Shown here: positions 25,568 through 38,079 of the stretch, piece after piece | How the letters are laid out: each line of letters starts with the position of its first letter | Numbering within the stretch: the first letter of the stretch is position 1 | Source: Felis catus | Taxonomy: Eukaryota | Direction of reading: 5' to 3' | DNA length: 64,000 nucleotides | Assembly: GCF_018350175.1 (NCBI RefSeq) | Contig: NC_058368.1 | Location: 183,460,001-183,524,000 of the forward strand | Notes under the pieces: model-generated | What the model saw: the letters and a program-made list of their open reading frames with translations, nothing else | What the model was told of the DNA's origin: nothing | Databases searched by the model: none | Translations under genes and position numbers: made by a program

Positions 25568-25670
25568 TTTTTTTTTTTTTTAAGTATGGGGCCTGAACTC
25601 ATGACCCTGGGATCAAGACCTGAGCTAAAATCAAGAGTCAGACTCAGCCAATGAGCGACCTAGGTGCCCC
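25568..25670 (-). mobile_element. Short CanSINE (tRNA head plus tail)
   Basis: Poly-T then antisense head ending TAGGTGCCCC; TSD TAAA(A/T)GTGGTGA. Confidence 0.8.
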
Positions 25671-25719
25671 TAAATGTGGTGAATTTTAATGAAAATAAAT
25701 ATACAACTTAATAAAAGAA

Positions 25720-27395
25720 AATAACAAGCCAAAAAATTATTTTACAATAATTATAACAAAAAAAATTACTATTAAAATGTACCATTTACAATAGTACCAG
25801 AAAGAAGAAATATTAGAGATAAATTAACAAAAATGTTCAAAACCTGTCCAATGAAATCTAGAAATCATTGCTGAGAGAAATTAAGGAAGGTATTTATTTA
25901 CCTAGGGAAAAGAAAACATATCCTCAAAGACTGGAACAAGAATGTTCCTATAAGCTTTATTCATAGCTGTCTAAAGCTAGAAAAATAACCCAATTTTAAA
26001 CCACAGATATAGAACAGAGAACCATGAAAGAGATCCACACATATATAGATCCTTAGCTTAGGCCAAAATAACACAGCAGAGCAGTGGATAACAAAGATGT
26101 TTTCAAGTGATAGGAAGGGACACCTGGATATCACAATGGAAGAAGAGAAAAAACAACACTTATTTCCTACTGTATACAACAGCCAATTCTAGATTAATTA
26201 AATACTGAAAGGTAAAAAATAATAATAATAAGTTCATTTGGATGATAATCTAGGAAAATATTTTCATGAACTCAAACTAGTAAAATTTCTTAAATAGGAC
26301 CCAAAAAGTTCTAATCCAAGAAAGAGTTATAAAGGACTATATTAAAATAATGACTTTCCATTCATCAAAAGATCTCATTAAAGATGTGAAAAAGAAGCTA
26401 CACTGTGGGAAAAGGTAATTACAACACATATTACCCCCAACAGGCTCATATCCAGAGTAGACAAATAAATCCTATATATCATAAGGAAACGAAGCCCCAC
26501 TAGCCCACAAATTGTCAAGATAATTAACAAAAGACAGTATTCAAATGGCCAATAAACATTCAAAAGGTATTAAACTGTCGTAACAAAGGCATGTAAAGTA
26601 TAAAAACACTACTATTGCTAAAACCCATGACAGTTTTATTCATATAACACCCCAGAAATACCAAAATTTAAAAGTCAATGATGCCAAGTATCTGAAGAAA
26701 GGAATCTTTCATACATTGAGAGTATAAACTGGTACAACCTACTTTGGAAAACAGATGGGTATCATTTACTACGTTTGAAGATAGATACATCATTGGATTC
26801 AGCAACTGCATTCCTACTGAACAGATAGTATATATATGTCAAAAAAATACGAACAAACGTGTAAAGCCCAAATCTGTAAATAACTCAAAAGTCTATCAAC
26901 AGAACAATGTTAAAACAAATATTAAGAATGTTAAAAAAGAAGGAAAAATTATAATTTTTTTTTTACCACACATCATTTACCACACAGCAATGAAACTGAG
27001 CAAATCACAGCTACACAAGTCAAATATGGTGACTCTCACAATCATAATTTAGAACAAAATAGACAAGAAGACTAAAGTTAAAGTCTCTTTGCTTTCATTT
27101 ATATAAAACACAAAGAAAAAACTAACATATGGACACAAGTTCAAGTGGTAAAATACAAAGAAAAGCAAGGAAATTACCATCATTAGTATCAAAATATCAG
27201 CTACAGTTGTTTGCGAGAAAGCAGCTAACAATTAGGAGGGGCTCTGAAGGGAAATTTGGGGATGTGGGCAATGCTTCAGTTCTTTAACTTCCTTGGTGGT
27301 TACCAAGCGGCAACTTTTTCATAAGTTACTGAGTTGTATATTTTTGATACTTGCTCCTTTTTTCTCACACACACAAAAAAACATAAAAATAAAGT
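25720..27395 (+). mobile_element. Highly diverged L1 (L1ME-like) fragments
   Basis: gtaccatttacaatagtacc..., ctggtacaacctactttggaaaac, typical 3'UTR end. Confidence 0.75.
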
Positions 27396-27876
27396 TAACC
27401 GTGGATAAGTGGATACTTACATGATATTCCAGCATGGCTTCAAACTTAACATATTTAAAAAGAAACTCAGCTTCTTTTACTTCCAAATCAATTTACATAC
27501 TGCACTGCCAAATTCTGCCCATGACATCACCACTTACTTCCAATTCTAACTTGAAATATATGTTCCTTATATTGTTGAAACAGAAAAACTATATATTTCA
27601 GCAGCTGAAGGATCATAGTGCAAAACCCAGCCTTTCCTTTTATAATCTGTGTGCCTCAAGCAGATTTCCAAATTGATTCCCACCACTAGCTGCTGCATCT
27701 GGTAAATGGACACAAATGCTACAATCTCTTAGAATTCAGAAAATAACAAACATAAAAATTTATCCCACTATACATATTTTTAAAATGTTGACTCCTATTT
27801 TCTCTGAATACAATCCCCCAGCCCCGCATATACAAACAGATCTTTTCTAACATCAACTGTGTCCCTGTACCGTGTT

Positions 27877-28374
27877 TGAGAAAGGAAAGGCAGCCCTGAT
27901 GGCTCAGAGGCTATTTTGGTGCTGTCAATGAGGCTGGGTGTTCTACTGAAGTTCAGACCAGGCACTGGCTTACTATGATGAATCAAGAAAAACAAAACAA
28001 AACAGAAAACCTCCATAATCATGTCTGAAACAGATAAAAGTAGAACAGTGTTCAACAAAAATAACCTACTATCTCCTTACCCATGCTTATATTAGTGATT
28101 GTGCTGCTTCTGTACCAATTATACTTTTAGGATTGCTTTGTATCTCCTGCTTTTAAAATAAGATTTACTAGGAATTATCTCCATCTCCTTGAACCCTTCC
28201 CCAAATCACCTAAAATAAGCTCAAATCTTCACATAAAATCCTTCTAACACCCTTTTATCAGATATCCCACAGCCCACTGTGTACAATATTCCTCTTTGCA
28301 ACATTTCAGTAAACCCATCTTTGACTTAGATATGCCCTTGGTTAGCTGTGATTTGATTTGGTTGAGGGTTGTCA
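27877..28374 (+). mobile_element. Ancient ERV solo LTR (subfamily uncertain)
   Basis: tgagaaaggaaaggcagccctga start; ccccaaatcacctaa...agtaaacc; ends ...gtca. Confidence 0.65.
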
Positions 28375-30922
28375 TTGCTTATATATGGCTCCTGGTTTGG
28401 AATCCATCTGACACTCCTCTCCTTGTGAGATCTGTTTTCCTTCATGCATAGACTATTTTGGCAACCTAATTGGGATTTGTACCTCTCCCTTTTCTACCTC
28501 CAACCCATTCTAGAGACTGCTGAATATTTATTAGTCCAAAAAATCATCTTCCTAAGAATACACTATTTATCAGACATCTAATTTTACATGTCCATTTTAA
28601 TATTTAGTGAGTGAAAGGCTGTCAGTAACTGGTCTTTCAAGAGACAAGATACGTCTTCTGTGCTGGTAAACCAATTGTAAGCTGTGATACACTGGGTGTT
28701 CAGAGATAAAGTGCCAAATGCATACCTGTAAATGGAAAAGCAATTTTCTCTTACGCTTCATCTAATAGTGTGTCAAAATTCTCTAATTCCTTTGTTTTGT
28801 CTTAAATAAAGAAAGGTTAGGTTGTGAGTAAAAAATCTGTTTTGATAGCTTGAATCTCTGGAATAACCCCCAAAGGAATTAGCAAGAAGCAAATTTAGTC
28901 AAAGCAATGTTTAGAAAATAGAAGTTTATACCTTGTCATTATATTTCACATTTTCAACTAGACCTGCAATGAGAACACTGCCTTCCCTTTTTTTATTCAA
29001 TAGATACTTTTCATTTGTGCTTTTTAAAAAAGTATTTTTAAAATTGTATTTTACATAACATGACACATAAATTGCACACTGTGGAAAGAATTTTCTACCT
29101 CCCTGAATGAAACCATTTTAATCTCAAGAGTTTTATTATCTGTTAAAATCTATTTAAATATAGGCATTCAATTTTACATTACTTGACATTTATGGAGAAG
29201 CTATTTTACAGCAGCATGTTTCTGAATAGACAAGATCACAACAAACAGTCATGATTATATGACATCCTAGATTAAAAATATGGGGAAAGAATGGTCTGAA
29301 TATACTAGGCAGTTCACATACATAAATATATATAATAAAATGCTGGGTGAGAGGTCTGCTAATACATTGTATGTGCTTGACAACTACAATTATGACATGC
29401 ATAAGAGTAGTCTACCCACATATTTTTTGCCATATTACAATATTAATTAAAGCTATACTCTTCTTCATATCAGCTAAACTACTTAATATTAAGACTACTG
29501 AAAAGAGACATGCATTTGTAAAGTGGAAAATTCAGATGCTTGAAGCCTACATTTTTCTTTGTAGAAAATAACAGAAACTTTGCTAATTGAACTGGTTAGA
29601 AAGACAAAGAATCCTAATTATGCAATGTGCTCTATCCATGGGCTAAAACCTAATCTCAGCTTTTACTTCAATGATACAAAAATACAAATCATGGGCACAG
29701 TTTTAGTTTTAGATATAGAGAGATACACCATTTTAATTTTTTTTTTTTTGTAACATTTGCTCAAATTGCTAGGTTGAGTGAGGGTTGAAAGAATCTGGGA
29801 GAATGAGATCTACAACTAGGGTTTTCTCCAACTGGCCTCATGAGTCTGATGTATAACTATTGAAACTGGACTTTTTATGAACGAGAAAAACAAATCGTCA
29901 CAAGATTTTAAATTACACAAAAGAATCTGGATGAAACTTCTATCCATCAAATGGCCACTGAAAAATGAGGTAATTACCTAAAATAATTTGCATGTGAAGA
30001 GCTAATACAATATTACAAAGTAAAGTCCAGTTGTGAAAGCAATGCATAATTTCCTGATTAATGTCTCATACACAATATTCCCCCATGCTTAGTCAGAGCC
30101 TAAATAACAGTATGGTCAATCAATCAAATATTTTTTAAAAAATTATAACTAAGAGAAGAAATGAGTTCAGCTGTAATAAATCATGACTTGATCTCAGTGA
30201 ATTTTAGAATTATGACAACAAATCACAATATATGGCATTTTTAAGGCACTACATTTAGATTTTAAGTGGAATGATTACATATTTTTAGTGATTCAAGATT
30301 AGCGCGTGAAGGCAATTTTAAGTTTATAAAATGTCATCTATTAAGCCATTGAAGAAAACTTCACATTAAAATACCAAGTCTGTAACTCACAGCTCTGCCA
30401 AAAGTTATGATAAGAGCGATATTTAGTCAGGAAGACTGAGAATGTCAGTGGAGTAATATGGCCAAATCTCTTACATAGATTATGAAACATTTCCCTTCTC
30501 AGTGCAAAGTGGAGAGATCTCTTCTAAAGTAGAATTAATCTGCTCTACCAGCTGAAGGCAGGTGTGGTGATAAACAAAGGAGAAGCAGGTGAGGCAAAGC
30601 TGCTCTAATAGATACAAGGACTGAGCTCTGATCAGTCACTTAACCAACTCAAATAGCCTTTCTTTCACTTTTCTAGGAGTTTTTTGTTGTGTAAAAGGAT
30701 ACACTCTAAAATATTAAGGCTATTTATGGAATTTATTAAAAGGCAAAATTTTCTCACTTTGTTTGGTAGGAGGGGGAAAAGGGAGCAGAGGGAAGTTTTT
30801 TGAAAGCCAAGGTGTTTTCCTTATTGTTGGGGATAGGGAAATGATGAAAGGCCGTCCAAGAAAATGTGTTTGTGATTATCTTGACCCAGCCAGAAACTGA
30901 CTCTCCTTTTGCTTCTTGTCAG

Positions 30923-30940
30923 GAAAGCATTAATTTTTTG
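30923..30940 (+). other. Candidate 18-nt microexon GAAAGCATTAATTTTTTG (ESINFL if phase 0)
   Basis: Branch-like ACTGAC, polypyrimidine tract CTCTCCTTTTGCTTCTTGTCAG acceptor with TGC motif, donor TTG|GTAAGT; length divisible by 3. Confidence 0.4.
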
Positions 30941-30984
30941 GTAAGTGAAAAGAACAAATATGGAGGTCAGACAGGCTATTCTGT

Positions 30985-31075
30985 CTGGTGTCCACAATGT
31001 ACTATGACTTTCAGCGAGTTACTTAATCTCCTCCAAGCCTATTTTTTTAACCTGAAAACTGGGGGTGGTCACAAT
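30985..31075 (+). mobile_element. MIR fragment
   Basis: tatgactttcagcgagttacttaatctcctccaagcct...ctgaaaactgggg: MIR core. Confidence 0.65.
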
Positions 31076-31249
31076 ACACCCTGTTGGTGTATTGGTGCCT
31101 ATTGGGCAGCTGTGACTGCTGACTATAACCAGTATAAATCATTAGTACCAGCACTAGACTGGTGGGCTAGCACCAATCACGTAGCCTGGTGACTGGTACT
31201 AGTGAGTGTGGGATGCACGCTACAGAATTTATTACCGGTGCTGTTATTA

Positions 31250-31405
31250 AATCACTTATGTAATCTTTTATATCCATTCCTCATCTCTAAAGTGGAGATA
31301 ATAACAATACCTATTCGATATATTTGTTGTGAAAACTAAATGGATTAATAAACCTACATTTATTTCTTAGTGCCTGATATATAATAAAACCTCAGTGTTA
31401 GCAAA
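31250..31405 (+). mobile_element. MIR fragment
   Basis: ttcctcatctctaaagtggagataataacaatacct...gttgtgaaaactaaatgg. Confidence 0.7.
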
Positions 31406-31419
31406 TTAATCATTGCTAC

Positions 31420-31596
31420 CCACTAGCCATATGCAGTCATTCAGATTCAAATTAATTCAAATTAAATAAAATTTAAAATGTCACGTGAGTCACATTTCAA
31501 GTGCTTACGAGGTACATGTGGCTATTGTCTCTTGTATTGTCAATTGTATTGGATAGAATATTTCTATCACCTCAGAAAATTCTATTGGGTAGTGAT
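31420..31596. mobile_element. MER3/MER33-like hAT-Charlie remnant
   Basis: ccactagccatatg...cacatttcaagtgc...catgtggcta...aaaattctattgg. Confidence 0.7.
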
Positions 31597-32818
31597 AATA
31601 GATATGTTCTTAAAGATCTGTAGGAACAAACGACCAGTCACATCTGCTGTTAGCCAGTGATGGGGTACAGAGAACAGAATGCAGGATAGTTTGTTAAGAT
31701 GATTAGCTTGTACTCTACATACGTTTACAACGTTTCAGGTTGTTTTAGATGTGCCTTCTTTACATTGAGTCATGTAATATTTTAAGAAAAAATTTAAATG
31801 GTGAAATAACAATTATGAACACTTTAACATTACATCAGATTGACTCTAGTTAACAAGGAAAGAATTATTCACACTGCCAATTCAACAACAATGTACAACG
31901 TAGTATTCACTTGAGGTAACAGCTTAATTTTCCAAAAAAAAAACAAAAAACAAAAAAAAACCCAAAAAAACAAGAAACAGAAAACTGTAAATGTCTTTCA
32001 GTAATATCCCAATGTAACCAAACTTTCCAGAGCTTTGGCAGTCTAAATTTCTGCAACTGTGGTGACTAAGATTTTTAAAACTGTCAGGCTTGAAATAGTC
32101 TCATAAGTCACATATAATTGTTATTAAGTTCTCAGCAACTATGTAAGAACATGTTTATTTAATATTTATTAACAGATAGTATCAATAATGTGAAGCAATT
32201 ATTTCACGAATTTCCCAAATGACAAGGACTCCTCCTAATTTCAAAACTCTGTGGCCATTTTTTCCTATTCTTATCTTGGCTCTGGATTTTTTGGGATATT
32301 TAAGCCTATGACTATTCTTTAATTTTGGAAATACAACCTTCCCTTGGTGCTATTATACAATTATCTCCCTGTTCCTCTCCTTCCTCCTGTACTATTCTGC
32401 CTTTCTATTCTACCACTCCTCAGTGTTTCACCCTGTGTTTTATTGAATTTTCTTATGTCACTTTAAATGTTCCTTTGAGTGATCTATGCTGTCCTGTTTC
32501 AAATATCCCCCATATATTGATGGTGTCACATTCCATATCTCCAGTGAGAATTTTTCATTTAAATCCTAAACTTCTGTTTTGTTTTACTTTTATTTTCTGC
32601 ACGCCCTATAGACCCAAAGTCATATTTTTGTAATATTTAATCTCTTTCCTGGAGCTCTGTTTACAAAACAAATATGTGTACACACAGGAGCCTTTCCTTC
32701 TTTGTATTACTTCTTAGTAATAAAGACCTGATAATCTTGTAGATACATTTTCCATTAAAAGTCACTAAATCATGCTCATTCTGCTTCATATAATATATAA
32801 TATATATACTCATCCTAT

Positions 32819-32985
32819 GGGGTGCCTGGGTGGCTCAGTCAGTTAAACGTCCAAGACTTTGGTGCAGGTCATGATCTCATGGTTCGTGGGTCGAACCCTG
32901 CATCAGGCTCTGTGCCGACAGCTCAGAGCCTGGAGCCTGCTTTAGATTCTGTGTCTCCCTCTCTCCGTGTCCCTCCCCTCCTCAT

Positions 32986-33040
<55 letters not shown>

Positions 33041-33063
33041 AATGAATAAACATTAACAAAAAT
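32819..33063 (+). mobile_element. CanSINE with long (CT)n
   Basis: SINE head, roughly 25 CT units, AATGAATAAA tail. Confidence 0.94.
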
Positions 33064-33849
33064 TTTATAATGTATGCTTATCCCTCTCCAGATACCTAAT
33101 CCCTCTGCTTGTATGTAGTCTCGAGAAATTCTTGTCTGAGCTACTACAATAATTCAGTAACCCATCTTACCTACTACCAGTTTAATCCCCAAATGCTACC
33201 AATACAAACACACTCTATTTTATTACATGAATTTCTTTAATGATTCTCATCACTTACAGAGAGTTTCAAAAACACTTTAGTATGCATGAAACATCCATTT
33301 TCATGACTCTTGTTTCTTAGTTCACTTTTTGTACCTATCTTGTGATGTACTTGAACCCCGGCTTCGTCAATATATACCTACTCTTCCAAAATGTGCTATG
33401 GTCTCTCAGGCTTCCAAAATCTATTTTGTCACTCTTTGCTCCACCTGGAATCTTGCCAGTCTTTCCTACTTCTTTGAAAAATTCAAAATGTTTAAGACTC
33501 TGAAGCAACATCTAATTTTTGGTGCATTTTCTCACACTTTCTTTCACCTTCCTTTTCCATGCAGAACTCAAGTTTCTGAATCTCACAGCACTTATTTTAA
33601 TGCAATATAAAGGTATCTGTTTAGATAGACCATAAGATCTCCAAACGTTTCATTCCTAGGATAATATCTATAAATGGGTAGATGTTAATATGTCACACAT
33701 AGCAGGTCCTCAATTATATTTAAATTAGTAATTAAATACAACGTGGTTGTAAAATGCTGTGAATAAGAATAGTGAGAATAAAAAATACTGAAAATAAAAG
33801 GACAATATTGAGAAATGCAATTATAATATCAGAAGTTTCATTACTTCTT

Positions 33850-35285
33850 CCTCTGTGAAATACTTTCTTCACAAGGTTTTAAATAGTCATTAATCCCATG
33901 GATTTCCTCTTCTCTAAATGGCTTTTCTTTCTCAGTGTTCTTTATGGATTCCATCTTATATTTGGACCCTTGAATACTGGAATAGCCCAAGACTAAGATT
34001 TTGCCCTTAAATTTCTTCTCTTTATTTGAACACCCTTAGAGATCTCATGAAATCCCATTCATTTCAATATAATTGCTATAATGAAGATTCTTAGTATGTA
34101 TACCTATCTTACAATCCAGACCTTATATTCAACTCAGTATTACTCAATGCTACTGAGTGTTATCCTGTCAAACTTCACAAGTTAAAAACTGAGGCCCTTA
34201 TCTTCCCCGCTAAAATGTGCTCTACAACCTAGAAAATTACAATTCTATCTTTCCAATTATTTAAGGCCTTAAACCTTCAAGTAACTCTTAATTCTTGTAG
34301 GAAATCTTGTTAAATATATCTTCAGAATAAATGCAGAATTGACCCTGCCCCACGACCTCCACCACTGTAATCTTGCCCAAGCCATCATCCTCTCTCACCT
34401 TAATTAGCGCAGAAGCATGTGAAGTGGTCTGTTTTTTTCTGCTCATTGACCCCCTGTCCCCTTCAATCTAGTCCCAATACAGCAGTTAAAATAATTCTGA
34501 TGAAATATAAGTCAGATCTTCTTGCTCCTCTGCTCATAACCCTCTAGTGGCCTTTCAATTCACCTAAAGTAAAAACCCATATGCTTACATTGTCCTGTAA
34601 AATCCTTAAAGATTCCTGTTGCATAGTTGACCTTATCTTCTATTTTTCTTTACCCATTCATCATTTCTAGCTTTCTGGTCTTTTTGGTATTCTTTGAATG
34701 GACCAGGCATGTACTTAGCTCCAGGCACCTGTACTTTTTGTTCCCTCTGTTCAAGAAACGCATCTCTCCAATACCAACATGACTCATTCTACCTACCTCA
34801 CCTTCCTTACTGTTCATCATACTACTTAAACTCGAAATCACCACAATTCTGAGTTCCCTTAAAACTTTTTCTTCACAATAATTATCAAGCAACACATTGT
34901 GTAATCATTAATATTTGTTTGCTTATTGTTTTCTCAATACTTATAGAAAGGCAAATCTACAGAATAGGGATTTTTTTTTTAATTTTTTTTTCAACGTTTA
35001 TTTAGTTTTGGGACAGAGAGAGACAGAGCATGAACGGGGGAGGGGCAGAGAGAGAGGGAGACACAGAATCGGAAACAGGCTCCAGGCTCCGAGCCATCAG
35101 CCCAGAGCCCGACGCGGGGCTCGAACTCACGGACCGCGAGATAGTGACCTGGCTGAAGTCGGACGCTTAACCAACTGCGCCACCCAGGCGCCCCCAGAAT
35201 CGGGATTTTTGCCGATATAGCCTTAGTGCCTAAAACAGTGTCTGAGAGAAGTTCATCAGTAAATATTTGCGAAGTCAATGAATGG
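33850..35285 (+). mobile_element. L2 (L2a-like) 3' portion, interrupted by SINE
   Basis: Pyrimidine-rich L2 body; 3' end tagtgcctaaaacagtgtctg...tcagtaaatatttg...aatgaatg. Confidence 0.75.
34976..35194 (-). mobile_element. Young felid CanSINE (SINEC_Fc-type)
   Basis: CpG-rich; TSD CAGAAT(A/C)GGGATTTTT. Confidence 0.96.
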
Positions 35286-37287
35286 CTATAACTAATTAGT
35301 GATTTGAGAGATAAAACTAATGAATAAAGTGAAAAATTGGACAGCATATCATGCTGGAATATAGTAAAAACAATAAGTACATACTTTTTTTAAGCTCATT
35401 ATTACGTGAAATAAAACAAGCAATGATACATTTCCCAATGGATGGTCCAATAAATCTTATCGACTATTGAAAAATAACTATTCCTATTCTTAATGAAGTA
35501 GGTCATATTGCTGAAATATAATGAAATAGTTTCCCTTATACCTGACCTCTCAGACTCTTTGAAATGTTACTGTATAAAGTGGAACATAGCACACAATATT
35601 TCCATAAATTATTTGACTATATAAACTATTTCTGATTTTCTGTGAAAAAGGAGGGTTTTACAGTTTTACGGTTTTAGGAAATGACTTTTGAGAAGTGCTG
35701 GGGAGGATGAGATGCTATATATGAGTTATATTTCTGTCTCAGTATGCTAAGATGAAAAATGTGATAGGTGAGCCTGGGAAACTAGAAAGCTAGTAAAATG
35801 ATCATTAACGTCAAACAATAATTTGGAATGTCTGTTGTCATCATATAGTCAGGAAAAGTCAAGGGCTCTGTGGATGATGATTAGTAGTATATAATAAGAT
35901 GCAATCCCATTGCAATAAAAAAAAATAAGACCTGTGAGGTTTAGTAAGAATATATAGTGGAAGCCTTTTTCATTGCTTTTGTTTACATCAAGAAGAATAA
36001 TGACATTTTCTTTACTTCTACAGAAATGCTATTTATCCTAGCCATTTTTCCATACCTTTTTTATCTAGAGGTCATAAGAAGTTCTAGAAAAGATGATCCT
36101 ACCAAAATTATTGAAAGACTGTAGTATGGCGTAACAGTAAGAACTAAGGATTTAGATTCATAATATTTCTCTAAGTGTTCAGACCAATACGAGCAGTGGA
36201 GGGTTATTATCTATCATATATCCAACTCCCTTGGGAAGGACTTGAGGTTTAAGAATACAGATTTATAGTTCTCCATCAGGATTCAGTGCCAAAGATATGA
36301 TTAATGCATAATCCTCTGGTATCTAATAATTTGGTTCATTATCATCTTTACTTGATTTATTTGTCTAATATCAGTTACAATTAGGACCATGCCAGGAATG
36401 TAAACTCACATTTAAATAAGTTTATAAAAAGACAAGTAAAAATCATGCTGGTTATATGAATTGCAAATTAGAATATCTCTATGTCAGAAAGGTCACAGTT
36501 ATGATTATATTGTTTTCTCTTTGCCCTAAAAGTTTAAATTTTAATAACGATTAAATGGCATCTTTCTGTAACTTAGAATGTTGAAAAACTACAGTTTCTA
36601 TTTATGCATATATAGCTTTGTCTAATAGGTCATACTTCATCTTACTATGATAGATTTACTAATTATTAAAATTCTGAAAATTAGTCTTTCTCCTATTCTA
36701 TATAAAAGGAATAGAAATTATATGCTAAGTTTATATATCAAAGAAACCATTTTATTGAAAAGATAACTTCTATTTCTCTCCTTCAAGCTTTATATGCTGT
36801 TGAAAAAGGAAATCTACGGTTTGTATTTTTTAAAATAATATAACCTAGCTAACAATACTTATTTGTTATATTTATTATTTTACATTCTATTATCACAGAA
36901 TATCTGGAGATATATTCTGCTCAAGATATTCCTAATAACTTCCTTGAAATAGGTATGATTTCAATAGTTCAAAGCAATAATTTGTTTCATTGTGAACATT
37001 AAAGAAAACATTATTTATTTCCTTCTCATTACACAAAACCCCCAATTTTCTGGGCTCCACTAGAATTTATGTAATGTTTATGAGCAGGGAGAGGTAATAA
37101 GAATGGCACCCAAAATTAATGACCCTAAGTTACACTTTGCATCATAAATATACTATTATGAGTACTGTGTATTCACTTTAATCCTCCAAAGAATCTGATG
37201 GGAATTACAAACCCATAATTACAAGGGCAAACACTTACATAGCAATTGCTATATTCACATTGTTTTGAGTACTTTCTGCATAATATC

Positions 37288-37439
37288 TTTTTTTTTTTTT
37301 TGAGGGAGAGATAGAGAGAAAGCCTGTGAGTGGGGGAGAGGGGAAGTGGGAGAAACAAAGAGAATCTTGAGAAGGCTCCACGACCCTGGGATCATAACAT
37401 GAGCCAGACGTTCAGCCAACTGAGCCACCCAGCTGCCCC
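37288..37439 (-). mobile_element. Diverged, shortened CanSINE
   Basis: Poly-T, GA-rich, ends CTGAGCCACCCAGCTGCCCC; TTCTGCATA on both flanks. Confidence 0.8.
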
Positions 37440-37449
37440 TCTGCATATC

Positions 37450-37640
37450 TTACTTAACCCTCACAGTAATATCTATAAGAAAGTACTATTATTATCTTTG
37501 CTTGACAGAGAAGGAAATTCATGCAAAGCATTTAAGGAATTTGTTCAAGGTCACACAACTAGGAAGTGGAGATTTCAGGAACTGAGCTCATGTAATTCAG
37601 TACCAGAATTCATGATCTTAACCAATAGATTGTACCACCT
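37450..37640 (-). mobile_element. MIR
   Basis: cttaaccctcacagtaat...gacagagaaggaaatt...ttgttcaaggtcacacaactaggaagtggaga. Confidence 0.75.
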
Positions 37641-37865
37641 TCCTGTTAGTTACTAAGTCAAACTTGTCTTGCAAATAAAACTAAGGGTGAGAGCTATTAA
37701 GTCTCAAGTCAGGATTTGAACAAAAGTTCTTTGAGTAAAATCCTACAATATGGTCTATACTATTGATGTACACCAATTTTCTGTTCCCCTGGGTGAGCAG
37801 TTTTTTGATATAATTTATAAGCTTTTATTATGAAAAGCTATTAGGTCTACAAAATGAGTCAAGGT

Positions 37866-38079
37866 GGGGTGCCTGGGTGGCTCAGTCGGTTAAGCATCCA
37901 ACTCTTGGTTTTGGCTCAGGTCATGATCTCATGGTTTCGTGGGTTTGAGTCTCATGTTGGACTTTGTGCTGAAAGTGAAGAGCCTGCTTGGCATTCTCTG
38001 TCTCCCCCTCTCTTTGCCCCTCCCAAACTTGTCCTGCCTCTGTCTCTCCCAAAATAAATAAATGAACTTAAAAAAAAAA
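37866..38079 (+). mobile_element. CanSINE
   Basis: GGGGTGCCTGGGTGGCTCAGTCGGTTAAGC head, A-tail. Confidence 0.94.

Larger units (their letters stand above)
23853..25715 (+). mobile_element. Old L1 (L1M) ORF2/3' fragments, interrupted by three SINEs
   Basis: aaaagatcaattaaattgatatacctcta; ttgatttttcaacaaaggtgccaag; aacagacacttcactaagga. Confidence 0.85.
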
